A DNA stretch of 63,728 bases, filler included, from Choristocarpus tenellus KU-1152 (lineage: Eukaryota > Protista > Phaeophyceae), in the NCBI GenBank assembly GCA_964200185.2. It is 14 parts of 14 records of this genome, joined end to end, with 100 filler letters (N's around TTAATTAATTAA, not from the genome) between each part and the next. Parts side by side here need not be neighbours in the genome. Positions count along the whole stretch, not along the records: positions 37,445 to 42,103 come from CAXNAD020013585.1; positions 42,204 to 45,385 come from CAXNAD020021728.1; positions 45,486 to 49,064 come from CAXNAD020019143.1; positions 49,165 to 56,722 come from CAXNAD020005963.1; 10 more parts are not named here. One strand, 5' to 3'. The position numbers and the translations under genes were made by a program. Below, piece by piece: positions 38,230 to 51,863 of the stretch. The notes below the pieces were generated by a model. It was not told the DNA's origin. It saw nothing but the letters and a program-made list of their open reading frames with translations, and did not search any database. Numbering within the stretch: the first letter of the stretch is position 1; every line of letters starts with the position of its first letter.

Positions 38230-38660
38230 ACACATCATGTGTTGTTACCTGACCCTCAATACTCTTACACACAGCCTTCACGAGGAAGGGCATCTTTCTC
38301 TGTAGAACAGGGAGTGATTGGTGTGTTCCCATTTGACAAATCCGATGCAACATTGGAGGAATCTGCGTCGATGGGAGCGAAGCATCATATAGTGGACCTG
38401 GCGGAGTGCCTATGTTACACAACCAACGATAGAACAGAACCCCAAGCACTTCAGGCATGAGTGTTCAAATCTTTAACTCAAGTTTTTTAGAAAGATGATC
38501 TGATGTCCTACAAAAGAGCACAATTGTATGTGTGGAAACAGCTGCAAGCTTTTTGGTCTCTTTGGCTGATTCTGGTGGTGATGTCAGCTTCATTATAGAT
38601 GGTGTCTCAAAGGTAAACAGACTTGTCTGCCTGCTTACCAGTCACAGCGATTTGGTACAG
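38230..38660 (-). pseudogene. Decayed LINE (RTE-like) reverse transcriptase C-terminal region
   Basis: KQADKSVYL*DTIYNEADITTRISQR..ACSCF..LELKI*TLMPEVLGVLFY; DNA similar to 57640-57790. Confidence 0.7.
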
Positions 38661-40304
38661 GGGCTTCACAATCGCTTGTCAGAAAAATGGCGAGATTAAA
38701 AAAAAGTTGAGAAAATATCAAATAGCGTGTTCCATCTCACACCAAAAAGGCAACCTCTATCCAGTTGAGTTTCACAGTTAAGCTGTGCTCCGTAAAAATC
38801 TTAGGAGCTATAGATGGACGCGACACAGGATAAATAAACACAAAGTTTAACACCATAGAGAAGAGAAATAGTATCTCATGCAAAATACACTATTGACCTT
38901 GATGATGTGTACAAATCATAAAATGTTATCCTTCCACAGGACGAGTCAGAGTAGGGGATGATCACTGTCAGGTTCCTCGTAAAGTTTAGGCCCTGTTTGG
39001 TATTTCAATGCCACCAATCGATCCGTCAAGCACAACCCTAGTGTGGGTCAAAATGGAGCGGCCTTCAATATGGTAGTTAATACAAATCTGATAGAAGAAC
39101 ACGACTTGCTATGATGTATTGACACTTATGTCTGCAACAACAGAACTTCAATCCGCCACAATTTAGGAACAAGTTTAAAGTGAGTATATAAACCCTTGAC
39201 TGTTGTAGGTAATAACGTCCCCAAAAACATGTTTTTTATATTTTAGAGAGCGTGACTATCACACTAGCTAATATGATAGTGTCTTAGAGTACCTTGAGAA
39301 TGAGTTTCTTGGATGGTTACTACTTCTACTCACAAATTTCATGTTCTGATTGGTGTTAGGGAAATGTGTTAGAAACGACAACAATTATACAAGAAGATCT
39401 CGGAGTTTTGGCCTTCTTTGTCTCACCCCTCCCCTGGCACATCTACAAATTGTCAGTGGGCACGACGTTACAAAATGAGAAATGATATCTGTCTGTATCT
39501 ATTGTCTATAGTCATACTACCCCCCTTCCCTTCTTTCCTGTCTTTGATGATGTCATATCATCCATCTTCCATCTACTTGAGTACTCCAGCAGTAGTAGTA
39601 GATCGAAAAAAAAGTAAGATATTGCTTTGTCTACGAAATGGTTCTAGCCACTTTTTTCTAAGAATTCGAGCGAGTACTTGCCATGTGAAATAGAGCTAGT
39701 TTTGCACTTAGTTCTTTTCTGTAACACCCAGAAACCCACAATTCGCAACAGCAATGATATCGTTTGGGGTCCTGATGATCGCGCATTATTAAATAAAGCA
39801 ACTTGTGTGATCAAATAGTTGCACTCTGCTCCGCGGTAATTGTAAATAGTTGGGCGAATACTACTGAGATCCTGCTTGCCGATGTACTGCACTACCCTGA
39901 GGTGTATAAGGAGAAGATGCTAAGCCTCCAATCGATTTAGATTAAGTTGTTAAGTCTTAATGTTGGAGTGTTTCCAATAAAATAGGGGTGGGGACAGCAT
40001 TTGTTACAGGGTAGAAGAGGAGACAGAGCTCTAGCTTAAGAGCAACATCTTTGACCATTGATGGCGAGACAGAGACTTGTCTTTTTCCTTTTCCCGATCC
40101 AGAGGACGGAGAATCGGACGTGGTATGGTTGAAGCCGACCAATCAGTTCTTTTGACACATGCCCTGAGTCAATTGGAAGATCTCCTACTACTCTGGAAAA
40201 CAAACCGACTACAACTTGGAGGGAGAGCCCACCTTGGAGAAGCTTGGTCCTAGAATCCCTCACCTGTTGAACTTGTGCGTGATGATTGAGCAGTGAAGTA
40301 TAAA

Positions 40305-40580
40305 GAGTAAAAGTAGAAGTAAACGCGAGGTACCCAGAGCTGCATTTTAAGGATGTTGAAAGCTATGTACGAAATCCGTTTATTTTTACAAAAAATGAAC
40401 ATAGGAAATTTTCTGAATTGTGTCGAAATTTCTTGAACAATAATAGATAAATCAACGTTCTCAAGTCAACTTAGCACTTCACCCATCATAGGATTATGGG
40501 TGAATTGCGATAGATGAAAAAAAATCGAATTCAAATTCAAAACGGCCAAAAGCCTGAATACCTCTCGTTTACTTTGCCTC
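40305..40580 (+). mobile_element. MITE family C, full copy
   Basis: GAGTAAAAGTA(GAAGTA)AACGCGAGGTACCCAG / CTGAATACCTCTCGTTTACTTTGCCTC; flanks TAAA/AAAA. Confidence 0.8.
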
Positions 40581-42203
40581 AAAACTATTTGCTCTGAAGT
40601 AGTTCATATTGCAAATCAAACATCTCGTGTCCATTTATCCTCTCTCCAACCCTAAAATAGAGGTTTGTCCCTAGTCTGCGAGCATCAACAGCAATCTAAC
40701 ATTGCACTTTCATCTCATCTTTCCTAGTGGTAGGGTTTGATAGGAGTGTGTGGTTCCTCCACAGAGGTTTCTGTCTTTCTGTGTGTCACACATTTTGCCA
40801 GCGGCCTAGTATGCCCTTTTTCTTGCACGCCCCTCCCAGAAAGAAGCCCAATGAAGTGAAAGTCCTAAGCTCATATCCTCCACTCCATCCATCCTACCCC
40901 AGATGCACAGAACTCACCTTCTGCTACAGAACTCTACAGGGCTCCTGGCATTTTGCATACTGTTGGAAACAAATGCCCATCCTGCAAACGAAGTAACTGC
41001 CCCGAATCTTTACTTACAGCTGTTTACTGCACGCATCAGCTTGTGCCCCCTCTACAGCCAGCCAGAAATACCCGTTCAGGGCAGCCATGTGTTCCGAAAT
41101 CCCAGTCTGAGGGATTGTTCATTAATGATCTAGTCTAATTGTTTGTGTTCTAGGTAGTAATACAGTACAGATAATGATAGGTACGAGGCAGGCAAATGCA
41201 TAATTGGCCCCAAGAGCTGTGCCCTGCTCAAGTCAAGCATAGAGTTCTACTATCCAACAACACTTCGAAACAGAGAGGTGCTTATACCAGTACTCGTCTT
41301 TTCTTGATGTCTCTCATGGAACATTTATCAATATGTGCAGCTGTTACTTTCAATTTGATATAGTGGTGCAGTATCAATTTTGGGCAGCATGACTCCTCTC
41401 AGTCGAACTGCTTGGTTCACAAGAATTCACTGTCTATATTTGTGAGCACACTGCAGCGCAGTACAGAGGAGGTTTAATAAGTGTAAGAGTCGTGGGGATA
41501 CAGATTAAGAAAATGGTAGGGCACCCAATATAGTCCCACATATAATTAGTATTATTATCTTGCTCAAGCTGTTTGATTGAATCAGGGACAATGGGAGCCA
41601 CATTATCCAATCATCGCAGCAAAAATGCCATGACATCCAAGCAAGTGTTCATCATTCTGCTGAGTGGAATCATGAAAGGCGCAAGGCACAAGCGGCTACT
41701 TACTAATCACTTGTAACATGATAGTTGTTGTGGCAACAAACCTCTTCTAGCAATGACCAACAACTGCTATCGTAACCATATGTGCATACCAAACAAACAT
41801 GTACAATCTAAGTACTGAGCCCAAAAAATGCATACGAGCCGTCACCCAAGGTCCCACCAAGTACCCAACTAAAATCACGAGAAAGAGGAACATGACAAAA
41901 AAGAACCAAACACAACGCCTCCACCACAGCTATCCCCTCAAATCCTCACTTACAAAAGGTAACTATAGTACTTGGACACAAAAAATCTTGAAATATATTC
42001 CTCCATGTCTCGTCTTCACCCCCTTCCTTCTCTTCTTGGGGGGAATCTGCCCATCAAAACTAGTTGTGGGGTAGGTAAAGAGGGCGGGGAAGGGGTTTGA
42101 AGGNNNNNNNNNNNNNNNNNNNNNNNNNNNNNNNNNNNNNNNNNNNNTTAATTAATTAANNNNNNNNNNNNNNNNNNNNNNNNNNNNNNNNNNNNNNNNN
42201 NNN

Positions 42204-42274
42204 CGTTCGATAATCTGGGAATTGGATTTGAGCTGTACATCCTGGAAGGTGAGCATTGAGGGGCGCCTGTAACA
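42204..42274 (+). mobile_element. 3' end of LTR at contig start
   Basis: TTGGATTTGAGCTGTACATCCTGGAAGGTGAGCATTGAGGGGCGCCTGTAACA, near-identical to 72-124. Confidence 0.82.
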
Positions 42275-42826
42275 GTAGTTCTTCCGAAATTATTGATTTA
42301 CTTCGACATTTTGTGGATGTGTGAGGAAAAAAACAAAGTTATATCACAACGACTACTGTAAAAATAACAGTTGCCATTAATGTAATAGATACCTCTCTTG
42401 TATTTGTCAGGAACAGGTCCCATTTTTTTGGATCTCCAACACACTGATGTGGATAAAATGCACGGTCATATGCATTTTGCGAGCACAATCTCTTACCATT
42501 GAGGCCAGTCAAAGTCATGGGGTGTGGGTGAGAAGGAAGATGACCAGCTTGCCATAATTTGACGCGAACGGTGGATTCAAACAAGCAAAGTCTGACCAGT
42601 CAGAACGAATCACCGTGGAGATTGATGAAGATGGTACTCTGAGGGTGTCAACGTACGCCCAGCATGACTCAGCCCCATGTCCAATTTCCTTCCTGAACCT
42701 CATCTCCGTTGGTTCTCATCACCTCCCATCACACAGAATCATACCACATAACGTACTGTTACTTTTCAAATAGTACATATTTTAGAGGAGGTGATTTCTC
42801 ATTGGTGGTAACCTTCCTGTCAAGGT

Positions 42827-43095
42827 GAGTCAAAGTATCTTAGAGGTAGAGCCGCGTCCATATGGGGACCCAAATCCAATGTTGCACTTAGATATAATTT
42901 TGTCTATCGTGTTTATTAGGAGATGTCAATATCCTTGTTCCAGACACACTTTCAGACACACTTTTCATAACATACACATTTTACCTACTCCGAAACATTT
43001 TGGAGTAGGTAAAATGTCATTAAAAACCCGTTGGGAAGCTAACCCCCAAATGGACAAACAAGGAAAAGCTCGTACCCTCTAAGATACTTTCACTC
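42827..43095 (-). mobile_element. MITE family A, full copy, TSD AGGT
   Basis: GAGTCAAAGTATCTTAGAGG / CCTCTAAGATACTTTCACTC; AGGT on both sides. Confidence 0.95.
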
Positions 43096-43442
43096 AGGTG
43101 TACCTCCAAAGGATCCTTCATGTGGAAGGTATTACTCGTTGTCTGTTACCTTGAATGAAATGATCATTGGTTTCTCATGACGTCAATATCGGGTTGTTGA
43201 ATGGAGCTTACAAGCCCCCTCATCCACTTTCCCCGATCACTCCTTCCCTGAGTGATCTTCTAAGGGATTGCTCGGCTCCCTGCATTGTCTCACTCTTTTC
43301 CCTTCCTCCTGTGGATCTTCCCGCTCCCTTTCAGCCTGAAGAAACTGTCTGCCCATTTCCAACTGTTTAACAGTGGCGAACGACAGCAGTTCTGAAGTTG
43401 GGGAGTACTTCAACAGTACATTGGGGGACATCTTAGTATATT

Positions 43443-43902
43443 TGTTACAGTGCGCCCCCGAACTCACCTCACAGGATGTGTGCCTCAAATCCAACTACCT
43501 TAAAATGACGCTACGCGGGGGTTCACAGATGATGACCATGTATGGTGTCAGTTGATTATTAGCTCAGTCAATGTCTCACTTTTCGCTTTATCAAAAGAGG
43601 GTAAGGATCAAAGAACTGAGCGTGTGGTCAACACTCAGCCTTTTATTAACATCATTCACCGTTTTTCTACAGCCAACGAGTTAAATGAAGTCTGCAAACT
43701 GCTGCGTAAATACTCCAATCATATATCTTTATTCTGCAACTTTCAGGAATTGACATCTATTCTCTAAGTTTATGTATGCATTTCAAATCTTACTCTGCAT
43801 CTTCTATTAATTCAAAGTTCCTCTTGCATGATTCTTACGTATGTATGCTGTTCGCGCATTTTGGCATGCAGAAAGAAATGCTCGCGCTATTCGCCTGTAA
43901 CA
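43443..43902 (-). mobile_element. Solo LTR, 460 bp, TSD TATT
   Basis: TGTTACAG...CTGTAACA termini; TATT on both sides; one end matches 1-124, the other matches 63451-63547. Confidence 0.88.
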
Positions 43903-44879
43903 TATTGTCTGTACTTTGAGCACCAAATCTGCCCTGTGTGCGTATGCCATTTCTTTCCGATTGACATATAGCTCTATCAAGGAGACCACACAACACATTT
44001 CACACGACAGAGAATTGTTTTCAGATTTTCGCGGTAGAGGATTTCAAAGAGAGCGAGTCAGTGGAACGCCTTCCACCACCTTTTCATGACCTCGGTCCTA
44101 TTTCGTTTGATCTAGCTCTCCTAGAAGGTGGAAGGAGACTCTACTTCATAAGTACCCAGAATCTTTGTGGATACAGATTTCTGGGTGGTAGACCAGCGAG
44201 TCGTCCACCAATTGATATCTGCAGATCATCATCCAGTCAGCCAACCCTTACCATTAACACCCCCTGGTACTCAGACCGTGATGTCACTTTGTTGTCATCA
44301 CACATGCCCTCACCAATCCCACCGATTCTGCCGTCAACATCGTCTATTGCTGACCTGATCATCATGCCCATTAATGCAGGATTGAAGTAAGCAGCCGAGG
44401 AAAAGCTTCCACCAAGCATGGACCTTCTTCGGAACTTGACAGAAACGAGGGACAGGACTAATGTAAGGCAGTCTGCATCTAATCCTCACACAACTGTTTT
44501 GGCGAAAATGAAATTAGGAAATTTTCCCAATGGAATTCGTCTTCCTTTTCCTACGACTGATGTACCTACACTCTCATATTCTGAGCAGCTGAAATCCTTC
44601 ACTTTGATATAGGTTAGAATTTGCATATATACTTTTTCTGGAATTACAGTGTTTAGGTACTATAAAACTAGTGCCACACCTTACAGATGACAGGGTAACT
44701 CTGTTTTGGAAAGCGGCAATCCATTCCTCTCTGGATCAGGTGCCATCAGTGTACAATGATGACATTGCAGAGAATAATTGGACTGCTGTTGTTCCATCCC
44801 TTCAACTTGCTTAAAAGATGGAATGAATTAAATAATATTACAATAAACTTCCCCCCCCTACTTTTTGGACGCCGTCCAA

Positions 44880-45336
44880 CATTGCCGATATATATATTTT
44901 TGGCCTATCCAAGTCAATGGTACCATAGTCTAGCCAAGTGTTTAATCAATCAACAGCCTAGAATTTACAGTTAGCTTGTGAATTAGCCTGTTCCAATCTG
45001 GGAGAACGGAATGTTAGATGAATGAGCTCTTGCTTACTCACTACTTCAAGTTGAAGCTTCGCTCTTGGTATACCATCCACACACTGACCATGATGAACCT
45101 AGTCCCAAATCGATTCACCCCTGGCATGGATCTTTCGCAGTGATAGCCAACACTTTCCCTGTAGTATACTGTGTCCGATAGTAAGGGTGGCATCAAAGAC
45201 ATTTTCCGTCCACTTGGCAAACTCGAAACCTTATATTCTGATCATGCAACCACCTGAGGCTAAGCTCAACGAAGTTTTTCTTGGCCATACTTTGCCCTTG
45301 CTAAACCTTGATGGTTCTAAGTCGCCGATAACAATT
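44880..45336 (+). pseudogene. Possible decayed gypsy RT
   Basis: VASKTFSVHL...EVFLGHTL resemble IVxSxTxxxHL...VxFLGH. Confidence 0.35.
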
Positions 45337-45385
45337 GGCTCAAAGTATCTGGGAGGGGGTGGAGGTTGTCCATTTGGGGTCAATT
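45337..45385 (-). mobile_element. MITE B end at contig end
   Basis: GGCTCAAAGTATCTGGGAGGGGGTGGAGGTTGTCCATTTGGGGTCAATT. Confidence 0.88.
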
Positions 45386-45750
45386 NNNNNNNNNNNNNNN
45401 NNNNNNNNNNNNNNNNNNNNNNNNNNNNNTTAATTAATTAANNNNNNNNNNNNNNNNNNNNNNNNNNNNNNNNNNNNNNNNNNNNCTCTCTAGCCCCTGA
45501 TGTTGCCAACTATTCAAATACCACTGTTCCATCGGGGCAGACAATCACACGGCTGTTGATTGCCTACCCAAGTGGAAAAAAGTCAACTCAACACAAGGGC
45601 TGCAGGAAGGCGTGATTATGGGCTTATGATTCTTAGCGACTGAAGAACAAAAATGGACTAAGCGTTATGACTTGGAATGGAATAGAGTTGGTGAATAATC
45701 AAAGTTCAGAGATTCTCAAGAGTGTGGGGGCAAAAGTGAGGGCAGCGTAC

Positions 45751-46073
45751 CGCCCACGTCTGTCTTGGCACATTTTTCCATCCCACAGCGCTTGCCCCCT
45801 CCATGCCTACGGCAAAGACCTCTTCCGACATCCACCTTGTCATGAGATAGCAAAGAGGAGAACAGTTGGAAGTTTATCGAAGGGAGGAGACAGAGAGTCA
45901 AAAGAAAAAACAGGGAAGGCTCGGAAGGGGGGGGGGGGGGGGGGGGGGAAAAAAGAGGGAAAGGCGGCGCCCAGGGGGAAAGAAAAGAAGAGGGACCGTC
46001 GCTCTGGTGGCAAAAGCAGNNNNNNNNNNGAGGAGAGGGAGGAAGAGGGAGGAGGGGAGGGGAAGGAAGAAGA

Positions 46074-46119
<46 letters not shown>

Positions 46120-48408
46120 GAATAGAGCCATAGGTCGCTCTCAATGGGAAATGAAACAAGAAGGACCGTCGCTCTGGTGGTACTAGTAAGTTTGGGTGTC
46201 GTTGCATACATCTCACATTGCACAAAAAGTACGGCACCGGGGGGACAGGAGATGGTAAGGTCTAATTGGGGAGAGGAAGAACATAAGGTAGTGGAGGTTG
46301 CAAGGCAATATTCACAAATGTTCAAGTTGACCACTAAGGGTGCATTGACTGAAATACTACAAACTGTTGACTGTGTGTGTGTGTGTTCAAAGAAAGCTCA
46401 GAACATTATTGACCACACCTTCCTGTCACATCTACCAAAAAATAAACAAAAGGTATCACTTCCATTCTGTGCGCCCCATTCAGCAAAATGCACTTCTTGC
46501 CAACTCTCGAAATCAACTCATTTTGAGTAGAGATGAGAAACAAAACTGTTTTGAATCTCCACGCCTTCTCTTTCATAATGATCAGCTCTCCTTTTAATGT
46601 TGTCGTAGCCCATAGAGGAGACAATATTCCTTCCAATTCAACAGAACTCAAACAAGAAGGAAAGTACGGCTATTAATTCAAAATGGATCCTCATTTTTTT
46701 TATAATGTATCTATCTATTATTTCTGTACTCTCTTTTTTTTAGGCTTTCCCACCCTCTGTATAGACACAAAGGCACTGGTCACAAGTGTAATCTTCATAC
46801 ACATGTGCGAACTTCGTAACACACATTGTGAACAGGACATGACACACTGACGCTATGAGTGAGGCATTACTACATTGAACTACACAATATCACCATAAGC
46901 AACTCCATTTCTTCATGAAAAGAATCCTCACCTAGTTTAGCGAAATGATTAAATTTCGATGCTGTACAATAGTTGGGAGCTTCTTTGAGATTAATGAAAG
47001 CATGGATGGATGGATGGTCCGAGGATCATTAACATTGATTGGATACATGAGAAGAAAAAACATGGAAAAAATAAACCAGACTAAATTTACCACGGCAATA
47101 AACAAGTGGAATGTTTTACCACCATGTTGCAAAATGCACAGTAGAACTTAGTGTGACAGGGTAGGTACCTTGCTACACAAAGGCACTCGGCAGAAACGCC
47201 CACCACCATGCATGCGACAATGTACCCCCTTCCCCTGAGCCACATTCGGACACCTCTCCTCCTGGCACCGAGCACCACCCCCATGACCAGCACAGTACCC
47301 TCCTGGTAAAACGAAAAATGAGTTGGGGCAGAGAGGGAGCAAATGGGGCAGGATCAAAAATTGAAAGACGGGGTTTTTAAGATGTACGCTTGTGGTTCTT
47401 GTACAGGTCTGTGGATAATCTGTTGTTCGTCATTCTACAGGAACAGTAATCAGGGCCCTGGGCCATGGAGCAATCTTGGAGTGCAAAAAAATGAACGCTA
47501 TTTCTTTTTCTGCGACTTGCTCAATGTGGAGCGTTGCATAGTCTGGGCATAGGTATCTTCAGCGTCCTAAGTCAACAGTGGGTTTGTGCATGGAGATGTG
47601 AGACATGGTTAGCTGGAGGTGGTGTGTTCATGTATTCACCACCAGGAGATGCTACCAGGTGCTCCCAGGCCACATCCAAATGCGAACCTCGATTTCAACT
47701 AGCGCAAATGGAGGTACTGGTGGAGTGGAATTGCAATTGTTATGAGAGTACGATACAGAGATCGAAGGCAACCTGCGAATCTTGACTTAACTAGCAGACA
47801 CGTGAAAATTATATCGAGTGGTGGTTAGCTTTGGCATGCCAACCCTTGTACAGTCGTATCGGGTCATATGCATATCCAAACGGAAATATATGAGCACGAT
47901 CATACTTCCGATGATCACCTCCAATGTCGATCTTATCGCATCCTAGGATGGTGCACCTAAGCCCTCCTCCATGGGCAGCGCAGAAGCCCCCAAACAGTGA
48001 CCCCTTACTACATCCATCACGACCACACCATTTTCCTGCCTTCCTCTTCACACCCCTCGCGCCATTGGACGAGGGTTGTGCGAGTTGTACTCCAGCGACA
48101 CCCTTGGAGCCGAAGACTCTATTCAGTGTGTTCGTCCCCTTAGGATAGGCACCCTGAGTCCAGCTTTCATTACCGTTAATATCGCAAAATGCTGCAGGTG
48201 TCCCTTTCGAGAATCGTGGCAGTGCTGGACCATCAGTGACACCATCATCCCCCACTTCTCTCATTCCAGGGTGGTAGTGGGTCATAGACTCCAATCTGGG
48301 CTGTTGGTTAAGGACAAAACCATTGTTTCTTCTGTTTTCCTCAGCAACACGGGTAATTTTTTTCGAACTATCTCGTTTCTCCTCAACAGCTCGCAGAAGG
48401 CCTTCCAT
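45751..48408 (-). CDS. WRKY19-like 'HGGG' zinc-finger repeat protein, 5' part. Exons 48408-47919, 47302-47169, 45835-45751.
   Basis: Spliced repeats CGRDGCSK..FCAAHGGGLRCTILGCDKIDIGGGYCAGHGGGARC...HCRMHGGGRFCRVPLCSKVDVGRGLCRRHGGGKRC; phases 1,0,1 are consistent. Confidence 0.9.
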
Positions 48409-49214
48409 CGCAATCACAAAATACCTCCCTCTCTATAAGCGTCGTTGTCTCTCCTGCAAAATCTCTCAATGCTCCAAAACAACATAAAAACACTGGATAC
48501 TTCCCACACTGTTCCCACGCTAACAAAGTTTGTAGAAACAGACAGAGAATCAAACTAAGCCGAAGGAAAAAGGGCAGCGAGACAGATGAAATACGAAGCC
48601 AGGAACCCAACTTTAGGGTATGCGTACTGTACCAACATTCCAGGTATTTGGTAAGGAAGTCGGGTATCAATGAGAGGCGAGATGGAGTGAGTAGAAAATA
48701 ATGCTTCATATTTCTATATTTCCTTCTTGAAGAGTAGAACAATGTTATCCAAAGTAGTATTTTCCAGATTTCAATAAATTCTTGCCCCTCTTAAACAGAT
48801 ACACTTCGGAACAATTTACAACAAACAGTTCAGTCATCAAGGTTTACCTGTTATATTCGAAAATTAAAAAACAAAACTGAAGCATTTCTTGTAAGATAAT
48901 ACAATATATCTACAGTACCTACCCCGATTTTGTTCACCCATGGCCGAAACAAGCGGCACAGAATTGATGTGGTACAATATCGGTTTTGTAGTAATTAATC
49001 GTGGTTAGCTGGGAAATCAATCGTCGAAGCAACTGATTAATCGTGGCGAGCTGGAAAATCAATCNNNNNNNNNNNNNNNNNNNNNNNNNNNNNNNNNNNN
49101 NNNNNNNNTTAATTAATTAANNNNNNNNNNNNNNNNNNNNNNNNNNNNNNNNNNNNNNNNNNNNTTTTTTTTTTTTTTTTTGTGGTTTGAGTGGGTGGGG
49201 GTTGAAAGTGGTGT

Positions 49215-49259
<45 letters not shown>

Positions 49260-49596
49260 GAAGAAGGTCAAACTGAATATATCTGTCTCCTCCTTGTAAT
49301 AATAATAATAATAATAAGGGATTTAGCATAGAAGACTGGGTGGTTTGATATTATACAATTTTTCACCATACCTGCACTAACCCTAACCCTAAGTGGATCG
49401 CTACGTGGCAAAATCATCACTGATAAACTAATTCTAACCAACAAAATAATATAACATAGTTCCTAATATTGACAAACCAGCAACATCATTAGAGATAATA
49501 CTCGCATACAAATCACATCTTCAACTATTTTTTTTTCTATTCAAATACCCTAACCCTAACCCTCAAATCTTAGTCAAGAAAGATTTCTTACCTCAC

Positions 49597-51823
49597 CTAT
49601 CTTTCTTGATCCAACCAACTCAGCAGATCGGAATGCTGCAAACAAGCATATCTGTTTACTTGCTCTTTTCACAACAAAATAAAGTATCCTTATCCTAGCC
49701 CTAACCCTAATCAAAATAATCACATACAATTACATTATAACCAACAGTCAAAAGAACATCTATACATAGACAGATGAGGATTTGCTTCAACTTGAGATAA
49801 TCAAAATGTGAGCCTGGGTGACTGACTCACTGCACAAGGTGAGTGATGAGGCAAGGGAATAAGGATAGAGCTAGGGAATGAATGAATGCCACTTAAATGC
49901 TGTTATGTTACTGTTTTACTAACAGTGTTAAATGTTGGTATTATTAGTGATAGTTTATTGTCACTAATAGTGCTATGTTGTTACCAATAGTTTTCCGTTG
50001 CTAATATTAATAGTGCTATGTTACTGTTCACCATCAAAAATGCTTGTCCTCCTTGATGGTGTGCTTTCTTCCTCCTCTTCTTCCTCAGTTGGCTGTTCTG
50101 ACATTTTGAAGCTCCTGCACACATTGGAGTTAGGTGTGTCAAATGCTTACAACATCAAATCAGATAATATTTACTTCAACACATTCAAATCAAGATAACA
50201 TACTAATCGATGAAAGACATACAACATTAAATCAGATAATATTTACTTCAACACATTCAAATCAAGATAACATACTAATCGATGAAAGACATACATCCCT
50301 AACCCTGAGTTGACGAGGAGTTAAATGATACTGCACCCAATACACTTGAAAAAATAGCCAAACACTGAGGTGGCGACCCATTAGGTTTTTTATAAAAAAA
50401 CAGAAATTGTCGGTGACTAAATAGAAATAAAATATAAAATATTTGAAAGGTCAAGGGGGTGGTATGAGACAAGGGTGATGGCATAAGCTAAGGCATTATA
50501 CCACCATTGGTTTCTTTCACAGCCATACCCTATCAACAATAAAAGGAATCTTTCACCTCTAGTGTGCAAAGACCTGTACTGGTAACACAATGCATGTGGG
50601 GTGGTAAGTATTATTTTCATTACTTATAAATGAAAAAAACTATGATGCATACTGATTTACAGAGGAATTAAATATTCAGAGACACATGAGAATACCCCAA
50701 GCCAACTACCACTATGCTTTACAACTGTAAGCATATATTTCACTATCAATATACTGCAATTTTACCACATACCAAGATTCAAAATATGATACAATTGGGA
50801 CTTATAACTATAGCAATGTTAATGTTAATGTTGCCTCATAATAATAACAATAATAATAATACACAATTAGAGTATTAAAGATAATAATAGCACCTCCAGA
50901 GTAAAATTCCAGAGAAAACAAGGCATCTATTATGAGACAATTCCAAGTATTTCAATATCATATCATTCACCACAATACCTAAACGTATCAAAGCCCTCCC
51001 CATTGATTACTAACATACTAAGTCATAACCCCATCATAAACATCATAAACAACAGCATACATCCTAGCCATATAAATTTGCATCATTCAGCATCTTCTCT
51101 TCAATCACTCCATAATGATCAATACTAAAACCATTCTAATTGATCGATATATCTTAGGGTTAGGGTTGACTCTTATCGAATACTTGCATTAATAGTCAAT
51201 AGTCAATATACTTCAACACTACAACAAGCAATATAGGGTTAGGGTTATAGATATAATTCAACTCACTGGGGTACTACACCACTGTCTTTCTCCTCCAGGA
51301 AAGGGTTGGATGCATATGGGGATCCCCCTGGTTTGATGTACTGCCTGGTGTTCTTGTATCTTGTACCAAGGGGGATAGATGTTGTCCCTAACAATGGCTT
51401 CGAAAGCCCACCTAGATGACTGTCAAATGCTGACACATTGAGGCATGGTGCTAGAGTAGGGTCACTATCACAGACAAGACAGGACAGGACAGGATAGACA
51501 AGATAGGACAAGACAAGGCAAGGCAGTAAGGTTTAGGTACAAGCAAACAGGAATCATAGAAAATCTAGTCAAACACTAACAGAACATAGTTATCTTTTTA
51601 ATGGCTTTGTAATATTTTCAAATATTTAAATTTAATTTGAAACCTACGCAATTGTTTAAATCTCTTAAGCAATAATTCAAAACGCGAAAAAATATATTTC
51701 CAGGAAAATGTTTTGTGAGGAAGGGGGGAGAGGAAGGGGGGNNNNNNNNNNAGTTGGAATAAAATGAGTAGGTGAGAGAAATGAAGGAGGGAAATGAGGG
51801 TGAGGGGGGGGGGGGGGGGGGGT

Positions 51824-51863
<40 letters not shown>

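Noticed and set aside
45667-46334. Poly-Pro/poly-Gly ORFs and G-quadruplex-like G runs (also 3095-3150, 49217-49258, 51805-51862)
   Set aside because: G runs abut N gaps, and GGACCGTCGCTCTGGTGG is duplicated across the 46020 gap. Length and sequence are unreliable and may be sequencing or assembly artefacts.
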